A stretch of DNA of 64,000 nucleotides from Sulfurospirillum sp. (GCA_045047115.1 JASFYR010000021.1:32190-96189), one strand, 5' to 3'; shown: positions 46,990 to 57,738, counted from the first letter of the stretch. Program-made: numbers and translations. The notes: generated by a model from the sequence alone, not told the origin.

Positions 46990-48315
46990 ATGGTTAAAAC
47001 AATTATGCCGATTACTGCGATTATCGGCTTGAGATTTATGGGATTGTTTATAGTGTTACCGGTGCTATCTGTTTATGCACTCGGTTTAAAAGGCTCAAAT
47101 GAATTTTTGGTCGGTGTGACGATCGGAGGATATGCGCTGACGCAGATGCTGCTACAGGTTCCTTTTGGTATGCTCTCAGATAGAATCGGCAGAAAGGTAA
47201 CGATAACCATCGGCCTTATCATCTTCATAATTGGCTCGATAATCTGCGGTTTCAGCACTGATATATATACTCTTATGTTCGGTAGATTTGTGCAGGGTGC
47301 CGGTGCAATAGGCGCGGTTGCGACTGCTATGATAAGCGATATGGTCAAAGAAGAAGTAAGGGCAAAGGCTATGGCTATCATGGGCGGCAGCATTGCTTTA
47401 TCCTTTGCATTGTCCATGATGCTAGGACCTTTGATAGGTGGATATTGGGGAGTTGATAAGTTGTTTTTCCTAGTAGCTATTTTTTCAGTCTTGGCCATAA
47501 TTGTACTCTTTACAAAGGTGCAAAATCCTCCAAAAATATCACATAGTTATGATCACAGCGAAAGAAGACTTCTCGAAATCTTACAAAATAGAGATTTAAT
47601 GAAGATGAATATCACAAATATGCTTCAAAAAGGCATGATGACTTTAGCATTTTTGATTATACCGATTTTAATGCTCAAAGAATTTGGCTGGGATAAAAAA
47701 GATCTCTGGATGGTATATATGCCGGCTATGGCCTTTGGTATCCTTGCTATGGGTCCGTCTGCTATCTTTGGTGAAAAGAAACACAAAGCAAAAGAGATAC
47801 TGATGCTTGGCATCATATTTTTTGCTATCAGTTATGCAATCATGGGTTATGCTCACTCTGCTACAACTTTTATAGTGGGAGTTATAATATTTTTTATCGG
47901 TTTCAATATGCACGAACCTCTCATGCAGTCGATGGCAAGCAAATACCCGAGAATTCATCAAAAAGGTACTGCACTTGGGATTTTCAACTCATTTGGATAC
48001 ATAGGGACTTTTATAGGTGGTGTTTTCGGCGGATACTTTCTTCAAAATTATGGGATGAAAGAGATTGCAATAGTGATTATCATAGTCGCATTTCTTTGGT
48101 TATTTTTGGTAGCTAGCATCACAAACCCAAGAATAAACAAAAACCTGTATCTAAGTTTTGCAAATATCAACTTAAAAAAAGCACAAGATCTACATGATAT
48201 AAACGGTATAATTGAGTGGTATAAAAACGAGAGCGAGAGTATTTTAATCGTAAAATACAATTCACTGGATACAAACAAAGAAGAGATAGAAAACTTTTTG
48301 GGAATTAAAATTTAA
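46990..48315 (+). CDS. MFS transporter (YajR-like)
   Basis: LRFMGLFIVLPV, motif A GMLSDRIGRK, GRFVQGAGAI; about 12 TMs. Confidence 0.92.
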   Translation: MVKTIMPITAIIGLRFMGLFIVLPVLSVYALGLKGSNEFLVGVTIGGYALTQMLLQVPFGMLSDRIGRKVTITIGLIIFIIGSIICGFSTDIYTLMFGRFVQGAGAIGAVATAMISDMVKEEVRAKAMAIMGGSIALSFALSMMLGPLIGGYWGVDKLFFLVAIFSVLAIIVLFTKVQNPPKISHSYDHSERRLLEILQNRDLMKMNITNMLQKGMMTLAFLIIPILMLKEFGWDKKDLWMVYMPAMAFGILAMGPSAIFGEKKHKAKEILMLGIIFFAISYAIMGYAHSATTFIVGVIIFFIGFNMHEPLMQSMASKYPRIHQKGTALGIFNSFGYIGTFIGGVFGGYFLQNYGMKEIAIVIIIVAFLWLFLVASITNPRINKNLYLSFANINLKKAQDLHDINGIIEWYKNESESILIVKYNSLDTNKEEIENFLGIKI

Positions 48316-48382
48316 TAAGACCAAAATATCAGCAATTACTATTTTAGTTAATGATGGTTTTATTGAATTTTAATTTTTTAAG

Positions 48383-48802
48383 TTGATAGCTCTATTTTTC
48401 ATATGCCTCGGTGCCGCCACACTTTTGCCAGGCGGCAGCGAGGCATTTTTCTTGTACAAACTCAACGAATCTCCGGAGTTGATATATATATCTTTATTTG
48501 TTGCCAGCACAGGAAACACTCTAGGATCTTTTATAAACTACCTTTTAGGAAAATATCTTAGAGAATTTTCATTGAAAAAGTCCTATTTCAAACAAAACTC
48601 GATCCAAAAAGCAACAAAATTGTTTGAAAAATACGGCTTTATATCTCTTCTTCTATCTTGGACTCCTATTATAGGAGACCCTATAACATTTGTTGCAGGA
48701 ATTCTAAGATATAATTGGCAAAAATTTTTAATTATAGTTTTTATAGCAAAATTTATCCGATATGCTATTTTGATGTACATATATGGACTTATAAGTACCT
48801 GA
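48383..48802 (+). CDS. YqaA/DedA (VTT domain) membrane protein
   Basis: ATLLPGGSE, GNTLGS..NY.LG, LLLSWTPIIGDP. Confidence 0.88.
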   Translation: MIALFFICLGAATLLPGGSEAFFLYKLNESPELIYISLFVASTGNTLGSFINYLLGKYLREFSLKKSYFKQNSIQKATKLFEKYGFISLLLSWTPIIGDPITFVAGILRYNWQKFLIIVFIAKFIRYAILMYIYGLIST

Positions 48803-48909
48803 TCAATTGTTTTGGTATCTGGATGTACCACAATTTCTCTTTAGAGACAAAAACGGCAAACTCACAGATGGCAGCATAGAGTCTAATATCTTCAAAGGAA
48901 ACAACGGCT

Positions 48910-50115
48910 TTACAAGATCAATACATTGACTAAGTCACCTTTTTTCAACTCTCTTGTCTCTTCATCCACACATAAAAGAGCAGCGTTATCAAGCATATTG
49001 TTGAGTATTGCACTACTTCCCAGCTTTTTACCATCTAAGTTTATGGTTACTTTTCCATTTTTAAACAGAAAATTACAAGCTGTAAACTCTTTATATTTTG
49101 AGCGTTTTTTATAGTCTTCATCTATATACGCCTTAACAAAAGGCAACTCAAACTCTCTTGCACTCATAGCTCTTAAAAGCGGTAGTACATATAAAAATAC
49201 TCCCACACTCGAACTATAAGGAAATCCCGGAAGTGCAAATATATACTTATGCCCAATCTTCACTATCTTTATATGTCGTCCGGGCTTTATAAAAGAACCG
49301 TCAACTATATACTGAGGCTCCATATCACCTAGGACATCTTTTACAAAATCATAATCTCCAACGCTTACTCCGCCTGTTGTTACTACAATGTCCGAGCTTC
49401 TTAGTGCTTGAGAAATTTTTTCTTTTATCTCTTTCTTATTGTCTTTGACTATACCATAACGCAGAGTATCCGCTCCGGCTTTTTGCAGTATCGCCTCTAT
49501 AGTTATATGATTTGAACTTCTGATTTGTGATCTATTGTCTTGCTCTTCTCCAAAATCAAGTATCTCGCTTCCTGTTGCGATTATAGATATGCGAGGTTTT
49601 ATAAACACAGGAATCTGAACATATCCAAGCTCTGCCAAAACTCCTATTTGTGCATATCCTATCTTTGTCCCCTTTTTTATAAGAACTTCACCCTCTTTAT
49701 AGTTTTCCCCTACCGGTCGAGAAGAAAAACCTTTTGCAACTGGAGTTATAATTTTGATTTTGTCACCCACAACTTCTACATTTTCTATAGGCAAAAGAGT
49801 GTCACTCCCCTCACTCATCAATGAGCCGGTAAATGTTTTGACACAGACCCCTTTTGTGACCAAACTCCCCTTATAGCTTCCTGCTGGCAAAAAATCTATG
49901 ATTTTAAGCTCTCCTAGCTCTTGATCCTCTGCCCTTAACGCATACCCATCCATAGATGCTGTCTCAAACACAGGATTATTTTGTTTTGCAACTATATCTA
50001 TTGCCAAAATTCTATCCAACGCATCTATCAAAAAAAGATTTTCTTGCGGATAGAGCATATCTATGGAACTCTTTAGAGCCTCCAGTGTATTTTCAAATTT
50101 TTCAAATTTTTTCAT
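48910..50115 (-). CDS. moeA: Molybdopterin metal insertase
   Basis: SMDGYA, TGSEI, TTGGVSVGDYDFVK, KPG, LPGFP. Confidence 0.95.
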   Translation of the reverse strand: MKKFEKFENTLEALKSSIDMLYPQENLFLIDALDRILAIDIVAKQNNPVFETASMDGYALRAEDQELGELKIIDFLPAGSYKGSLVTKGVCVKTFTGSLMSEGSDTLLPIENVEVVGDKIKIITPVAKGFSSRPVGENYKEGEVLIKKGTKIGYAQIGVLAELGYVQIPVFIKPRISIIATGSEILDFGEEQDNRSQIRSSNHITIEAILQKAGADTLRYGIVKDNKKEIKEKISQALRSSDIVVTTGGVSVGDYDFVKDVLGDMEPQYIVDGSFIKPGRHIKIVKIGHKYIFALPGFPYSSSVGVFLYVLPLLRAMSAREFELPFVKAYIDEDYKKRSKYKEFTACNFLFKNGKVTINLDGKKLGSSAILNNMLDNAALLCVDEETRELKKGDLVNVLIL

Positions 50116-50121
50116 TTAATT

Positions 50122-50169
50122 TCTCCTTTTTACGGAAGTAAATTCCGCAAAAATTCCTCTCACTAAAGC
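50122..50169 (-). repeat. RBS-adjacent hairpin repeat, copy 2 (moeA leader)
   Basis: TTTTTGCGGAA-TTTAC-TTCCGTAAAAA then GGAGA; near-identical to 10500-10547. Confidence 0.75.
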
Positions 50170-50191
50170 TTCTGCTTTGCAGAGAAAATTT

Positions 50192-50632
50192 TTATTTTGC
50201 TAACAGTCCTGCTCCGCCCAGTGGCATGCTTCTGTTTTTTGCATATACTCTAATTCCTTCTATCAAGTCATACTTCCATATCGGCGCACTTGCTTTAAAA
50301 TCCTCTACAAAGTCATTTATAAGCCTAAGACCTACTTTTCTTTGGGGTGAGAGTACCGCTGAGATATATGAGCTTGTGTGGTTTGGCACGTCTCCTCTTG
50401 AGTGGGCCATAAGGAGCACAGCACCCTCTTCTTTTGCTTTTTTTTGCCATGCTTTAAACCAATTTTGAAGTATAGGCTCATAAATATCAAAACTAAGTCC
50501 GTCTATTCCCTTTTCATCTCTTACAATGCCTATAAAAGGTATAAAGGCTCCGAAGTTCTTATACCTTATGTCTTTGTACCATCTAGTGATAATCTCCTCT
50601 ACATGTAGAGGCCCATCATGCAACTCCAGCAT
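50192..50632 (-). CDS. moaE: Molybdopterin synthase catalytic subunit
   Basis: FIGIVR, HSRG, FKASAPIWK. Confidence 0.93.
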   Translation of the reverse strand: MLELHDGPLHVEEIITRWYKDIRYKNFGAFIPFIGIVRDEKGIDGLSFDIYEPILQNWFKAWQKKAKEEGAVLLMAHSRGDVPNHTSSYISAVLSPQRKVGLRLINDFVEDFKASAPIWKYDLIEGIRVYAKNRSMPLGGAGLLAK

Positions 50633-50635
50633 CCC

Positions 50636-50857
50636 CTAGCCCCCGCAAACCGGTGGCAAAAGAGATATCTTATCACTTGGTGCAACTGGCACATCAAGTG
50701 ATTTTACCAAAGTATCATTTATAGCAACTGCGCAGATACCAAGCCAGTCTTTCAGCTTCTCATCCCCGTCAAAAAACTCTTTGAGCTCTTTTAGGTTTTT
50801 TATATCTACCTCTACGGGCTCTTTTCCTATGGGTCCTAAAAATTCTATCCTTGCCAA
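50636..50857 (-). CDS. moaD: Molybdopterin synthase sulfur carrier
   Basis: Ubiquitin-like size, C-terminal LLPPVCGG. Confidence 0.93.
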   Translation of the reverse strand: MARIEFLGPIGKEPVEVDIKNLKELKEFFDGDEKLKDWLGICAVAINDTLVKSLDVPVAPSDKISLLPPVCGG

Positions 50858-51005
50858 TTTATATCCTTGTTACTTTTTTACACTTATTATATCAAAATAT
50901 CACTTCCAGTATTAAATAATTGATAAATATTAGAGTAAAAAAATTCTTGATGTTACGATTAAGTTTCATAGTGATATAATTCCGAAAAATTTGTAAAGGT
51001 ACATT

Positions 51006-51698
51006 ATGATTTTTGGGAAAATTGATTATATCAATCTTCTTCCTTTTCATATCTTTCTTAAGCAAAGCAGCTTAAACAATGCCTTTAAAAAAGCTGTGGA
51101 GCATAAAAAAGGTGTTCCTTCATCCATAAATAACGCCTTTGAAAAAAGAAAGGTCAGTGCCGCTTTCATCTCCAGCATAAAAAGCAACAAAAAAGAGATA
51201 AAGAGACTTCCACTTGGAATAGTAGCCAAAAACAGTGTCAAAAGTGTTATCGTCAAAAAGGGTAATTACCTTTACGATCCCGCCTCAGCAACTTCAAATA
51301 TCTTATCCAGGGTTTTGGATATACAAGGTGAAGTTATCATTGGAGACAGGGCTCTAAAAGAGTATATTAAAAATCCAAGCAAATATACAGATTTAGCAAA
51401 AACCTGGAGTGACAAATATCATCTGCCATTTGTTTTTGCCGTTTTATGTACAAATAAATACCACACTACTTACAAAAAACTAGCAAATAATTTCAAAAAA
51501 AGAAATATCAAAATACCTGGATATATATTGCAAGATTATGCAAAAAAAAGAGGTATTAATGCAAAGGAGATTAAAGAGTATTTGAAACTAATCACTTACG
51601 ATATAAATAAAAAAGAGAGAAAATCGTTGGAGCTTTTTCTTAAAAAAAGTAAAGCTTTAGGTATAAAAAATCATATGCACAACTCAGTGCAAAAATAA
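51006..51698 (+). CDS. mqnA: MqnA-family chorismate dehydratase (futalosine menaquinone pathway)
   Basis: GKIDYINLLP, ASATS, IIGDRAL, DLA..W...LPFVFA. Confidence 0.85.
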   Translation: MIFGKIDYINLLPFHIFLKQSSLNNAFKKAVEHKKGVPSSINNAFEKRKVSAAFISSIKSNKKEIKRLPLGIVAKNSVKSVIVKKGNYLYDPASATSNILSRVLDIQGEVIIGDRALKEYIKNPSKYTDLAKTWSDKYHLPFVFAVLCTNKYHTTYKKLANNFKKRNIKIPGYILQDYAKKRGINAKEIKEYLKLITYDINKKERKSLELFLKKSKALGIKNHMHNSVQK

Positions 51699-51711
51699 AA
51701 AGGAATTTAAA

Positions 51712-53070
51712 ATGGTACAGAAAAGAATAGACGACGTGCTTGCTAGCACAATGTACAGCACACCAGGTCAAGCAGAGTTTTATCAAGCAGTTGATGAAGT
51801 TTTACAAACTCTTGAACCACTTCTTACAAAAGAGACAAAATATACTGACAACAATATACTCAGCAGAATCGTCATCCCTGAGAGACAAATCATATTTAGG
51901 GTTTGCTGGATGGATGACAACAATCAAATCCAAACAAACATTGGTTATCGTGTACAGTTTAACTCAGCAATCGGACCATACAAGGGCGGACTCAGACTCC
52001 ACCCAACAGTAAATCTTGGTATAATTAAGTTCTTGGGTTTTGAGCAAATCTTCAAAAACTCACTTACAGGGTTAAATATCGGTGGAGCAAAAGGTGGATC
52101 TAACTTTGATCCAAAAGGAAAAAGTGATGGTGAAGTTATGAGATTTTGTCAATCATTTATGACTGAGCTTTCAAAATACATTGGTGAGACTATAGATGTT
52201 CCAGCAGGTGATATCGGAACTGGTGGAAGAGAAATTGGGTATATGTATGGTCAATATAAAAGAATGACAAATAAATTTGAAGGTGTATTGACCGGCAAAG
52301 GCTTAAATTGGGGCGGATCACTTGCAAGAACAGAAGCAACAGGCTTTGGCTCAGTTTACTTTGCTGATAACTACTTAAGAAAAGCAGGCAATGGTTTAGA
52401 AGGCAAAGTGGCCACTATTTCAGGAAGTGGTAATGTTGCAATCTATACAATACAAAAATTATATGAAATGGGCGCAAAACCTGTCACATGTAGCGACTCC
52501 CGTGGTACAATTTATCATAAAGATGGCATCAGCCTAGAGACATTAAAAACCGTAAAAGAGGTAAACAGGGCATCTCTGACAGAGTATGTAAAAGCACATC
52601 CTGATGCAAAATATATTCCAGTCAGCCAATACCCTAAAGATGCTCATGCTGTTTGGACTATTCCTTGCGATCTTGCGTTTCCAAGCGCTACACAAAATGA
52701 ACTAAACTTAAATGATGCAAAAACTCTTCACAAAAATGGTTGCATACTTGTAAATGAGGGTGCAAATATGCCTACAACTCCTGAAGCTATCGAATACTTA
52801 ATGGCAAATAAAATTATGTATGCTCCTGGTAAAGCGGCAAATGCAGGTGGTGTTGCAACAAGTCAACTTGAGATGGAGCAAAATGCCAGTATGGGAAGAT
52901 GGTCATTTGCAGAAGTTGACACAAGATTACAAGGTATCATGAAAGATATATTTGATTTATCTTTTGAGACAGCCAAAGAATTTGATAATGAGAGCAATAT
53001 AATGATGGGTGCAAATATAGCAGGATTTAGAAAAGTAGCTGATTCTATGCTAGACCAAGGCGCAGTATAA
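51712..53070 (+). CDS. gdhA: NADP-specific glutamate dehydrogenase
   Basis: GPYKGGLR, GGAKGG, DVPAGDIG, EATG, GSGNVA, EGANMP. Confidence 0.96.
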   Translation: MVQKRIDDVLASTMYSTPGQAEFYQAVDEVLQTLEPLLTKETKYTDNNILSRIVIPERQIIFRVCWMDDNNQIQTNIGYRVQFNSAIGPYKGGLRLHPTVNLGIIKFLGFEQIFKNSLTGLNIGGAKGGSNFDPKGKSDGEVMRFCQSFMTELSKYIGETIDVPAGDIGTGGREIGYMYGQYKRMTNKFEGVLTGKGLNWGGSLARTEATGFGSVYFADNYLRKAGNGLEGKVATISGSGNVAIYTIQKLYEMGAKPVTCSDSRGTIYHKDGISLETLKTVKEVNRASLTEYVKAHPDAKYIPVSQYPKDAHAVWTIPCDLAFPSATQNELNLNDAKTLHKNGCILVNEGANMPTTPEAIEYLMANKIMYAPGKAANAGGVATSQLEMEQNASMGRWSFAEVDTRLQGIMKDIFDLSFETAKEFDNESNIMMGANIAGFRKVADSMLDQGAV

Positions 53071-53077
53071 ATAAAAA

Positions 53078-53103
53078 AGAAGAAGGGCATAGTCCCTTCT
53101 TCT
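53078..53103. terminator. Bidirectional terminator
   Basis: AGAAGAAGGG-CATAGT-CCCTTCTTCT. Confidence 0.7.
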
Positions 53104-53731
53104 AATCAATCGTATTAAAAACTCTATCTCCGGCATCTCCAAGACCCGGAACTATATATCCGTTTTCATTTAAACCGTCATCTATATGAGCAGTATAAAC
53201 TTTGACATCCGGATGTATGTCTGAAAACTTTTTGAGACCCTCAGGAGCTGAAACAAGAGCGATAAATCTTATATCTTCTATACCCTTGCTTTTTAAGAAA
53301 TTGACTGCATCTATAGCGGTTCCACCTGTCGCAAACATTGGGTCTATGATAATGGCTGTCCGGTTTTTATAATCTTTTGGAAGTTTTGCATAGTAAAACT
53401 CAGCCTCTAGAGTCTTTTCATTTCTTTGAAACCCCAAAAAACCGACACTTGCATCAGGAATAAGTTTGAAAATTCCATCCAACATACCAAGTGCAGCTCT
53501 CAAAATTGGACAAATCATAATTTTTGTGTCTAATTTCTTCGCATCTGCAACTGCCACTGGTGTTCGTACCGATACATCTTTAAGGGGCAAGTCTCTCGTT
53601 GCTTCAAAAAGCATAAGATAAGAGATCTCATCCACAAGCAGTCTAAAATGAAAAGGATCTGTCTTTTCATCTCTTAAAATTGCAAGCTTGTGCTCTATGA
53701 GAGGGTGGTGTATTACTGTTACATTGTCCAT
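53102..53731 (-). CDS. upp: Uracil phosphoribosyltransferase
   Basis: HPLIEHKL, PILRA, DPMFATGGT, GYIVPGLGDAGDR. Confidence 0.96.
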   Translation of the reverse strand: MDNVTVIHHPLIEHKLAILRDEKTDPFHFRLLVDEISYLMLFEATRDLPLKDVSVRTPVAVADAKKLDTKIMICPILRAALGMLDGIFKLIPDASVGFLGFQRNEKTLEAEFYYAKLPKDYKNRTAIIIDPMFATGGTAIDAVNFLKSKGIEDIRFIALVSAPEGLKKFSDIHPDVKVYTAHIDDGLNENGYIVPGLGDAGDRVFNTID

Positions 53732-53747
53732 TTTTTATCCTTAAAAA

Positions 53748-53781
53748 AAGGGGATAATGGTGCTGACGCCATTATCCCCTT
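53748..53781 (-). terminator. Intrinsic terminator after the malic enzyme gene
   Basis: AAGGGGATAATGGTG-CTGA-CGCCATTATCCCCTT with a T-run on the minus strand. Confidence 0.7.
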
Positions 53782-53797
53782 GCTTGTATTTTATATT

Positions 53798-55060
53798 TTA
53801 TAAACCTATTTTTGCAGCCAACTCTTTTTTGTATGCTTCCACATCAAATTCTTTGACTCTAGCAACTCCCTCATCAAATGCAGCTTGTGCAACAGCAGGT
53901 GCTACCCAGATAAGAACCCTCTTGTCAAATGGTGTTGGGATGATATACTCTAAACCAAATTTCAAATCTCTTCCCTCATATGCATCTTTGACATACTGAG
54001 GTACTTCTTCTTTAGCAAGAGCTGCCAAAGCTTTTGCAGCTGCCATCTTCATGCCCTCAGTTACCTTGGTAGCCCTTACATCAAGTGCACCTCTAAAGAT
54101 AAATGGGAAACCAAGAACATTGTTTACCTGATTTGGATAGTCGCTTCTACCTGTTCCCATCATAACATCATCTCTGACCTCTTTTACTTCCTCTGGTAAA
54201 ATCTCAGGAGTCGGATTTGCAAGAGCAAATATAATCGGGTGAGAATTCATAGATTTTACCATCTCTTTAGATACAATTCCCGGGGCTGAAAGACCCAAGA
54301 ACATATCGGCTCCCCTCATAGCATCTTCCAAAGTTCTATCATCAGTTTCAAGTGCAAATGCTTGTTTATATTTATTTAAGTCGTCCCTGCCACTGTGAAT
54401 TATACCTTTTGAATCAATCATAACTATATGTTTTGCACCCAAAAGTTTATACATATTTGCACAGGCAATTCCCGCAGCTCCGGCACCACTGACTACTATC
54501 TTCATATCTTCTATCTTCTTACCACTGATTTCAAGAGCATTGATTATACCTGCACTTGTAATCATAGCAGTTCCGTGTTGGTCATCGTGCATAACAGGGA
54601 TATCAACTGCAGCTTGAACTTTTTGCTCTATCTCAAAGCATTTTGGAGCTTTGATATCTTCGAGATTGATTCCTCCAAAAGTCGGAGCAAGTGCTATACA
54701 GATATCTATGATTTTTTGTGTGTCTTTTTCACCTAATTCTATGTCAAACGCATCTACATCAGCAAATTTTTTAAAGAGAACTGATTTTCCTTCCATAACA
54801 GGCTTTCCACCAACTGCACCCAAATCTCCGAGACCCAAAACCGCAGTACAGTCACTGATAACGCCAACCAAGTTTGCTTTATTTGTATATTTATATGCCA
54901 ATTCGGCATCTTGGGCTATCTCCAAACAGGGAAATGCAACTCCTGGAGTATATGCCATAGACAACTCGGCTGCTGTTGAGCATGGTGTCTTTAATTCTAT
55001 ACCGATTTTACCACCTATATGATAATCCAATGACTCTTGTTCAAATGTCTCTTTACTCAT
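53798..55060 (-). CDS. NAD(P)-dependent malic enzyme (no PTA domain)
   Basis: AYTPGVA, PVMEGK, NLEDI, HDDQHGTA, GAGAAG, GRSDYPNQVNN. Confidence 0.95.
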   Translation of the reverse strand: MSKETFEQESLDYHIGGKIGIELKTPCSTAAELSMAYTPGVAFPCLEIAQDAELAYKYTNKANLVGVISDCTAVLGLGDLGAVGGKPVMEGKSVLFKKFADVDAFDIELGEKDTQKIIDICIALAPTFGGINLEDIKAPKCFEIEQKVQAAVDIPVMHDDQHGTAMITSAGIINALEISGKKIEDMKIVVSGAGAAGIACANMYKLLGAKHIVMIDSKGIIHSGRDDLNKYKQAFALETDDRTLEDAMRGADMFLGLSAPGIVSKEMVKSMNSHPIIFALANPTPEILPEEVKEVRDDVMMGTGRSDYPNQVNNVLGFPFIFRGALDVRATKVTEGMKMAAAKALAALAKEEVPQYVKDAYEGRDLKFGLEYIIPTPFDKRVLIWVAPAVAQAAFDEGVARVKEFDVEAYKKELAAKIGL

Positions 55061-56453
55061 TTTTTTCTCCTTTAATATTTAATAGTTTTTCAATTCTTGC
55101 TATTACATTGTTGTATCCGACTATATTTAAAACCTCAAACACGGACGGACTAACCGCACTCCCCACCATAGCTATTCTTATCGGCTGAGCCAAATCTTTG
55201 AGCTTCAACCCCTTGTCTTCTAAGAATTTTTTTGCCAAAACTTCAAACTCTGAAGCACTTTTACATTCCCCATGTGCCATTAAAGCCTGCTTAAATGCTT
55301 CTAAATTCTTCAAAGCATCACCTTTTATAAACTTTTTACACGCTTTTTCGTCATAAATTTCTGGCTCATTCACTATGGAAGCTGCCATTTGTGCCAGCTC
55401 TTTAATGGTTTTTGCCCTCTGTCTGAGAGAATCTACAAGTTCATCTTTTTTTGGGTGGCTCTGTATATATAGACCAAAAAACTCCATCTCTTTTATCAAT
55501 CTCTGGCTTGAGAGCTTTTTGATATATCCGGCATTTATCCATACAAGTTTCTCTTCATTAAAGGCAGAGGCTGATTTATTTATGTCTTTGGGATTAAAAA
55601 GCTCTGTCATCTCTTCCATGCTAAAAATCTCCTGATCGCCATGGCTCCATCCAAGTCTTATTAGAAAATTCAAAAGTGCTTCGGGTAGGTAGCCCTCTTT
55701 TTTATACTCCATCACATCCAATGCGCCATCTCTTTTTGAGAGCTTTTTGCCTTGATTGTTCAAAATCATAGGAACATGATAAAATTTTGGAACTTTAAAA
55801 CCAAGAGCTTTATATATAACTATCTGTTTTGGAGTATTTGAGAGATGGTCATCACCTCTTATGACATCACTGATTTCCATCAAAGCATCATCGATAGCAA
55901 CGACAAAGTTATAAGTAGGCGTACCGTCACTTCTGGCAATGATAAAATCATCCAGCATATCTTTTACATTGAAACGAACTTCACCTTTTATACCATCATC
56001 AAAGGCTATTTCCCCCTCCGTCGGAGCTTTTATCCTGATAACAGGCTCAACTCCAGCTGGCGGTTCACCTTGAAAATCCCTATATCTTCCATCATAATGA
56101 GGCCTAATCTTCTGTGCTCTTTGAGTCTCTCTTAGCTCATCCAGTTCCTCTTTGCTCATATAGCACCTATATGCCTTGCCAACATCTAAGAGTTTTTTTA
56201 CATAAGATTTATATATATCAAACCTGGATGACTGATAGATTGGCTTTTCATCATGAGATAATCCTGTCCATGCAAAAGCATTTTCTATTGCAATTGCAGC
56301 CTCTTTAGAGTTTCTCTTCAAATCTGTATCTTCTATACGCAATAAAAATTTTCCATCGTTTTTTTTAGACCAAAGATAACTGTAAAGTGCAGTTCTCAGC
56401 CCCCCTATATGAAGATAGCCTGTAGGGCTTGGAGCAAACCTTGTTATAACCAT
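55053..56453 (-). CDS. gltX: Glutamate--tRNA ligase
   Basis: RFAPSPTGYLHIGG, RIEDTD, RGDDH, KLSKR. Confidence 0.96.
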   Translation of the reverse strand: MVITRFAPSPTGYLHIGGLRTALYSYLWSKKNDGKFLLRIEDTDLKRNSKEAAIAIENAFAWTGLSHDEKPIYQSSRFDIYKSYVKKLLDVGKAYRCYMSKEELDELRETQRAQKIRPHYDGRYRDFQGEPPAGVEPVIRIKAPTEGEIAFDDGIKGEVRFNVKDMLDDFIIARSDGTPTYNFVVAIDDALMEISDVIRGDDHLSNTPKQIVIYKALGFKVPKFYHVPMILNNQGKKLSKRDGALDVMEYKKEGYLPEALLNFLIRLGWSHGDQEIFSMEEMTELFNPKDINKSASAFNEEKLVWINAGYIKKLSSQRLIKEMEFFGLYIQSHPKKDELVDSLRQRAKTIKELAQMAASIVNEPEIYDEKACKKFIKGDALKNLEAFKQALMAHGECKSASEFEVLAKKFLEDKGLKLKDLAQPIRIAMVGSAVSPSVFEVLNIVGYNNVIARIEKLLNIKGEKNE

Positions 56454-56618
56454 AAACAAAACCTTATAAAAATGTACAAATATCTAGTATAATACCTCTT
56501 TTAGTAAAATTCGCACTCGATTAAATTGACTTTACTAAAAAAAATGTTATCATTCTTAGCTAAATTTGTAAAAATTATATAAGCTTTTTACTTAACATTA
56601 CTTAACAAAGGACAATTA

Positions 56619-57476
56619 GTGAGAATTTCTATGAAAATTTTATTAAAAATATCAGTTTTACTTACATTTATGACAACTTTTTCTTATGCAGGTTTAGTTA
56701 ATGCCATATCCGTTATAATCAACAATGAACCTATAACTCTCTATGAGATTTACAAATATTCGAACAAGTTTCATATCTCCACAAAGGAGTCGTTGAATAT
56801 CTTGATAAGGCAAAAACTCGAAGATGCAGATATAGCGAGACAACATATAACTGCTAGTGATTTTGAAGTAGAGAATTATATCAAAAAACTGGCGACTAAA
56901 AATGGCATATCCGAATTTCAATTTTTGCAGATGCTAAAAGACAAGGGCATAAAAGAGAGCGTTTACAGGAAAGATGTAAAAAAGAAAATAGAACAAAAAA
57001 AGCTTTATGATAGAATTTTCGCTTCAAAAAAAATCCAGGTTACTCCACAAGAGATAAAAAACTACTATAAGGCAAATAAAAACAAATTTGTAAAGGCAAA
57101 GGGTTTTGAAGTTGTAGCATACGAAAGCCCTTCCAAAAAATCTCTGGAGAAGATTCGAACAAATCCCATGCTCTCTATTCCAGATATAAAAGCAAAACAG
57201 GTAAGATTTCAATCCGGAAATATGAATAAAAATCTAGAATCAATGCTAAACCAAACTGCATCAGGAGACTTTACACCCGCATTTAAGATGGGTAATAGCT
57301 ACACAATGTTTTATGTAAAAGCAAAAAATGGTGTAGAAACTATGCCATTTGATAAAGTAAAGAATGATATATATTCATTTTTGGCATCTAAAAAAGAGAA
57401 GGCTGCGATAGATGATTATTTTGAAAAAATAAAATCAACAGCAAATATAAAAGTTTTAAGAAAACCAAATGCTTAA
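56619..57476 (+). CDS. SurA-like periplasmic chaperone
   Basis: Signal peptide, INNEPITLYEI SurA-N pattern, degenerate parvulin-like segment. Confidence 0.78.
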   Translation: MRISMKILLKISVLLTFMTTFSYAGLVNAISVIINNEPITLYEIYKYSNKFHISTKESLNILIRQKLEDADIARQHITASDFEVENYIKKLATKNGISEFQFLQMLKDKGIKESVYRKDVKKKIEQKKLYDRIFASKKIQVTPQEIKNYYKANKNKFVKAKGFEVVAYESPSKKSLEKIRTNPMLSIPDIKAKQVRFQSGNMNKNLESMLNQTASGDFTPAFKMGNSYTMFYVKAKNGVETMPFDKVKNDIYSFLASKKEKAAIDDYFEKIKSTANIKVLRKPNA

Positions 57477-57487
57477 AAGGAAATCAA

Positions 57488-57670
57488 ATGAATACATATG
57501 ATAAAATAAGAAAGTTTTGTAGAGTTTTTAGGATATTTTTAGGAGTAATTCTCATAGGAGTTGGCTTCTATCTGAGCAATCCATGGTTCTATCTGGGAAT
57601 TATACCACTCATCGCCGGTATCACAAACTTCTGCCCACTTTGTATAATCTCTAAAAAATGTACGATTTAG
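57488..57670 (+). CDS. DUF2892 (YgaP-like) small membrane protein
   Basis: RIFLG...LGIIPLIAGITNFCPL. Confidence 0.75.
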   Translation: MNTYDKIRKFCRVFRIFLGVILIGVGFYLSNPWFYLGIIPLIAGITNFCPLCIISKKCTI

Positions 57671-57697
57671 ATTTTTGCCTCGACGAGGCAAAAATCT
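57669..57697. terminator. Bidirectional terminator hairpin
   Basis: AGATTTTTGCCTCG-A-CGAGGCAAAAATCT. Confidence 0.7.
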
Positions 57698-57738
57698 CTA
57701 ATAGACTGGTTACAGTCTAAGAATGTGCCATAAACAGT

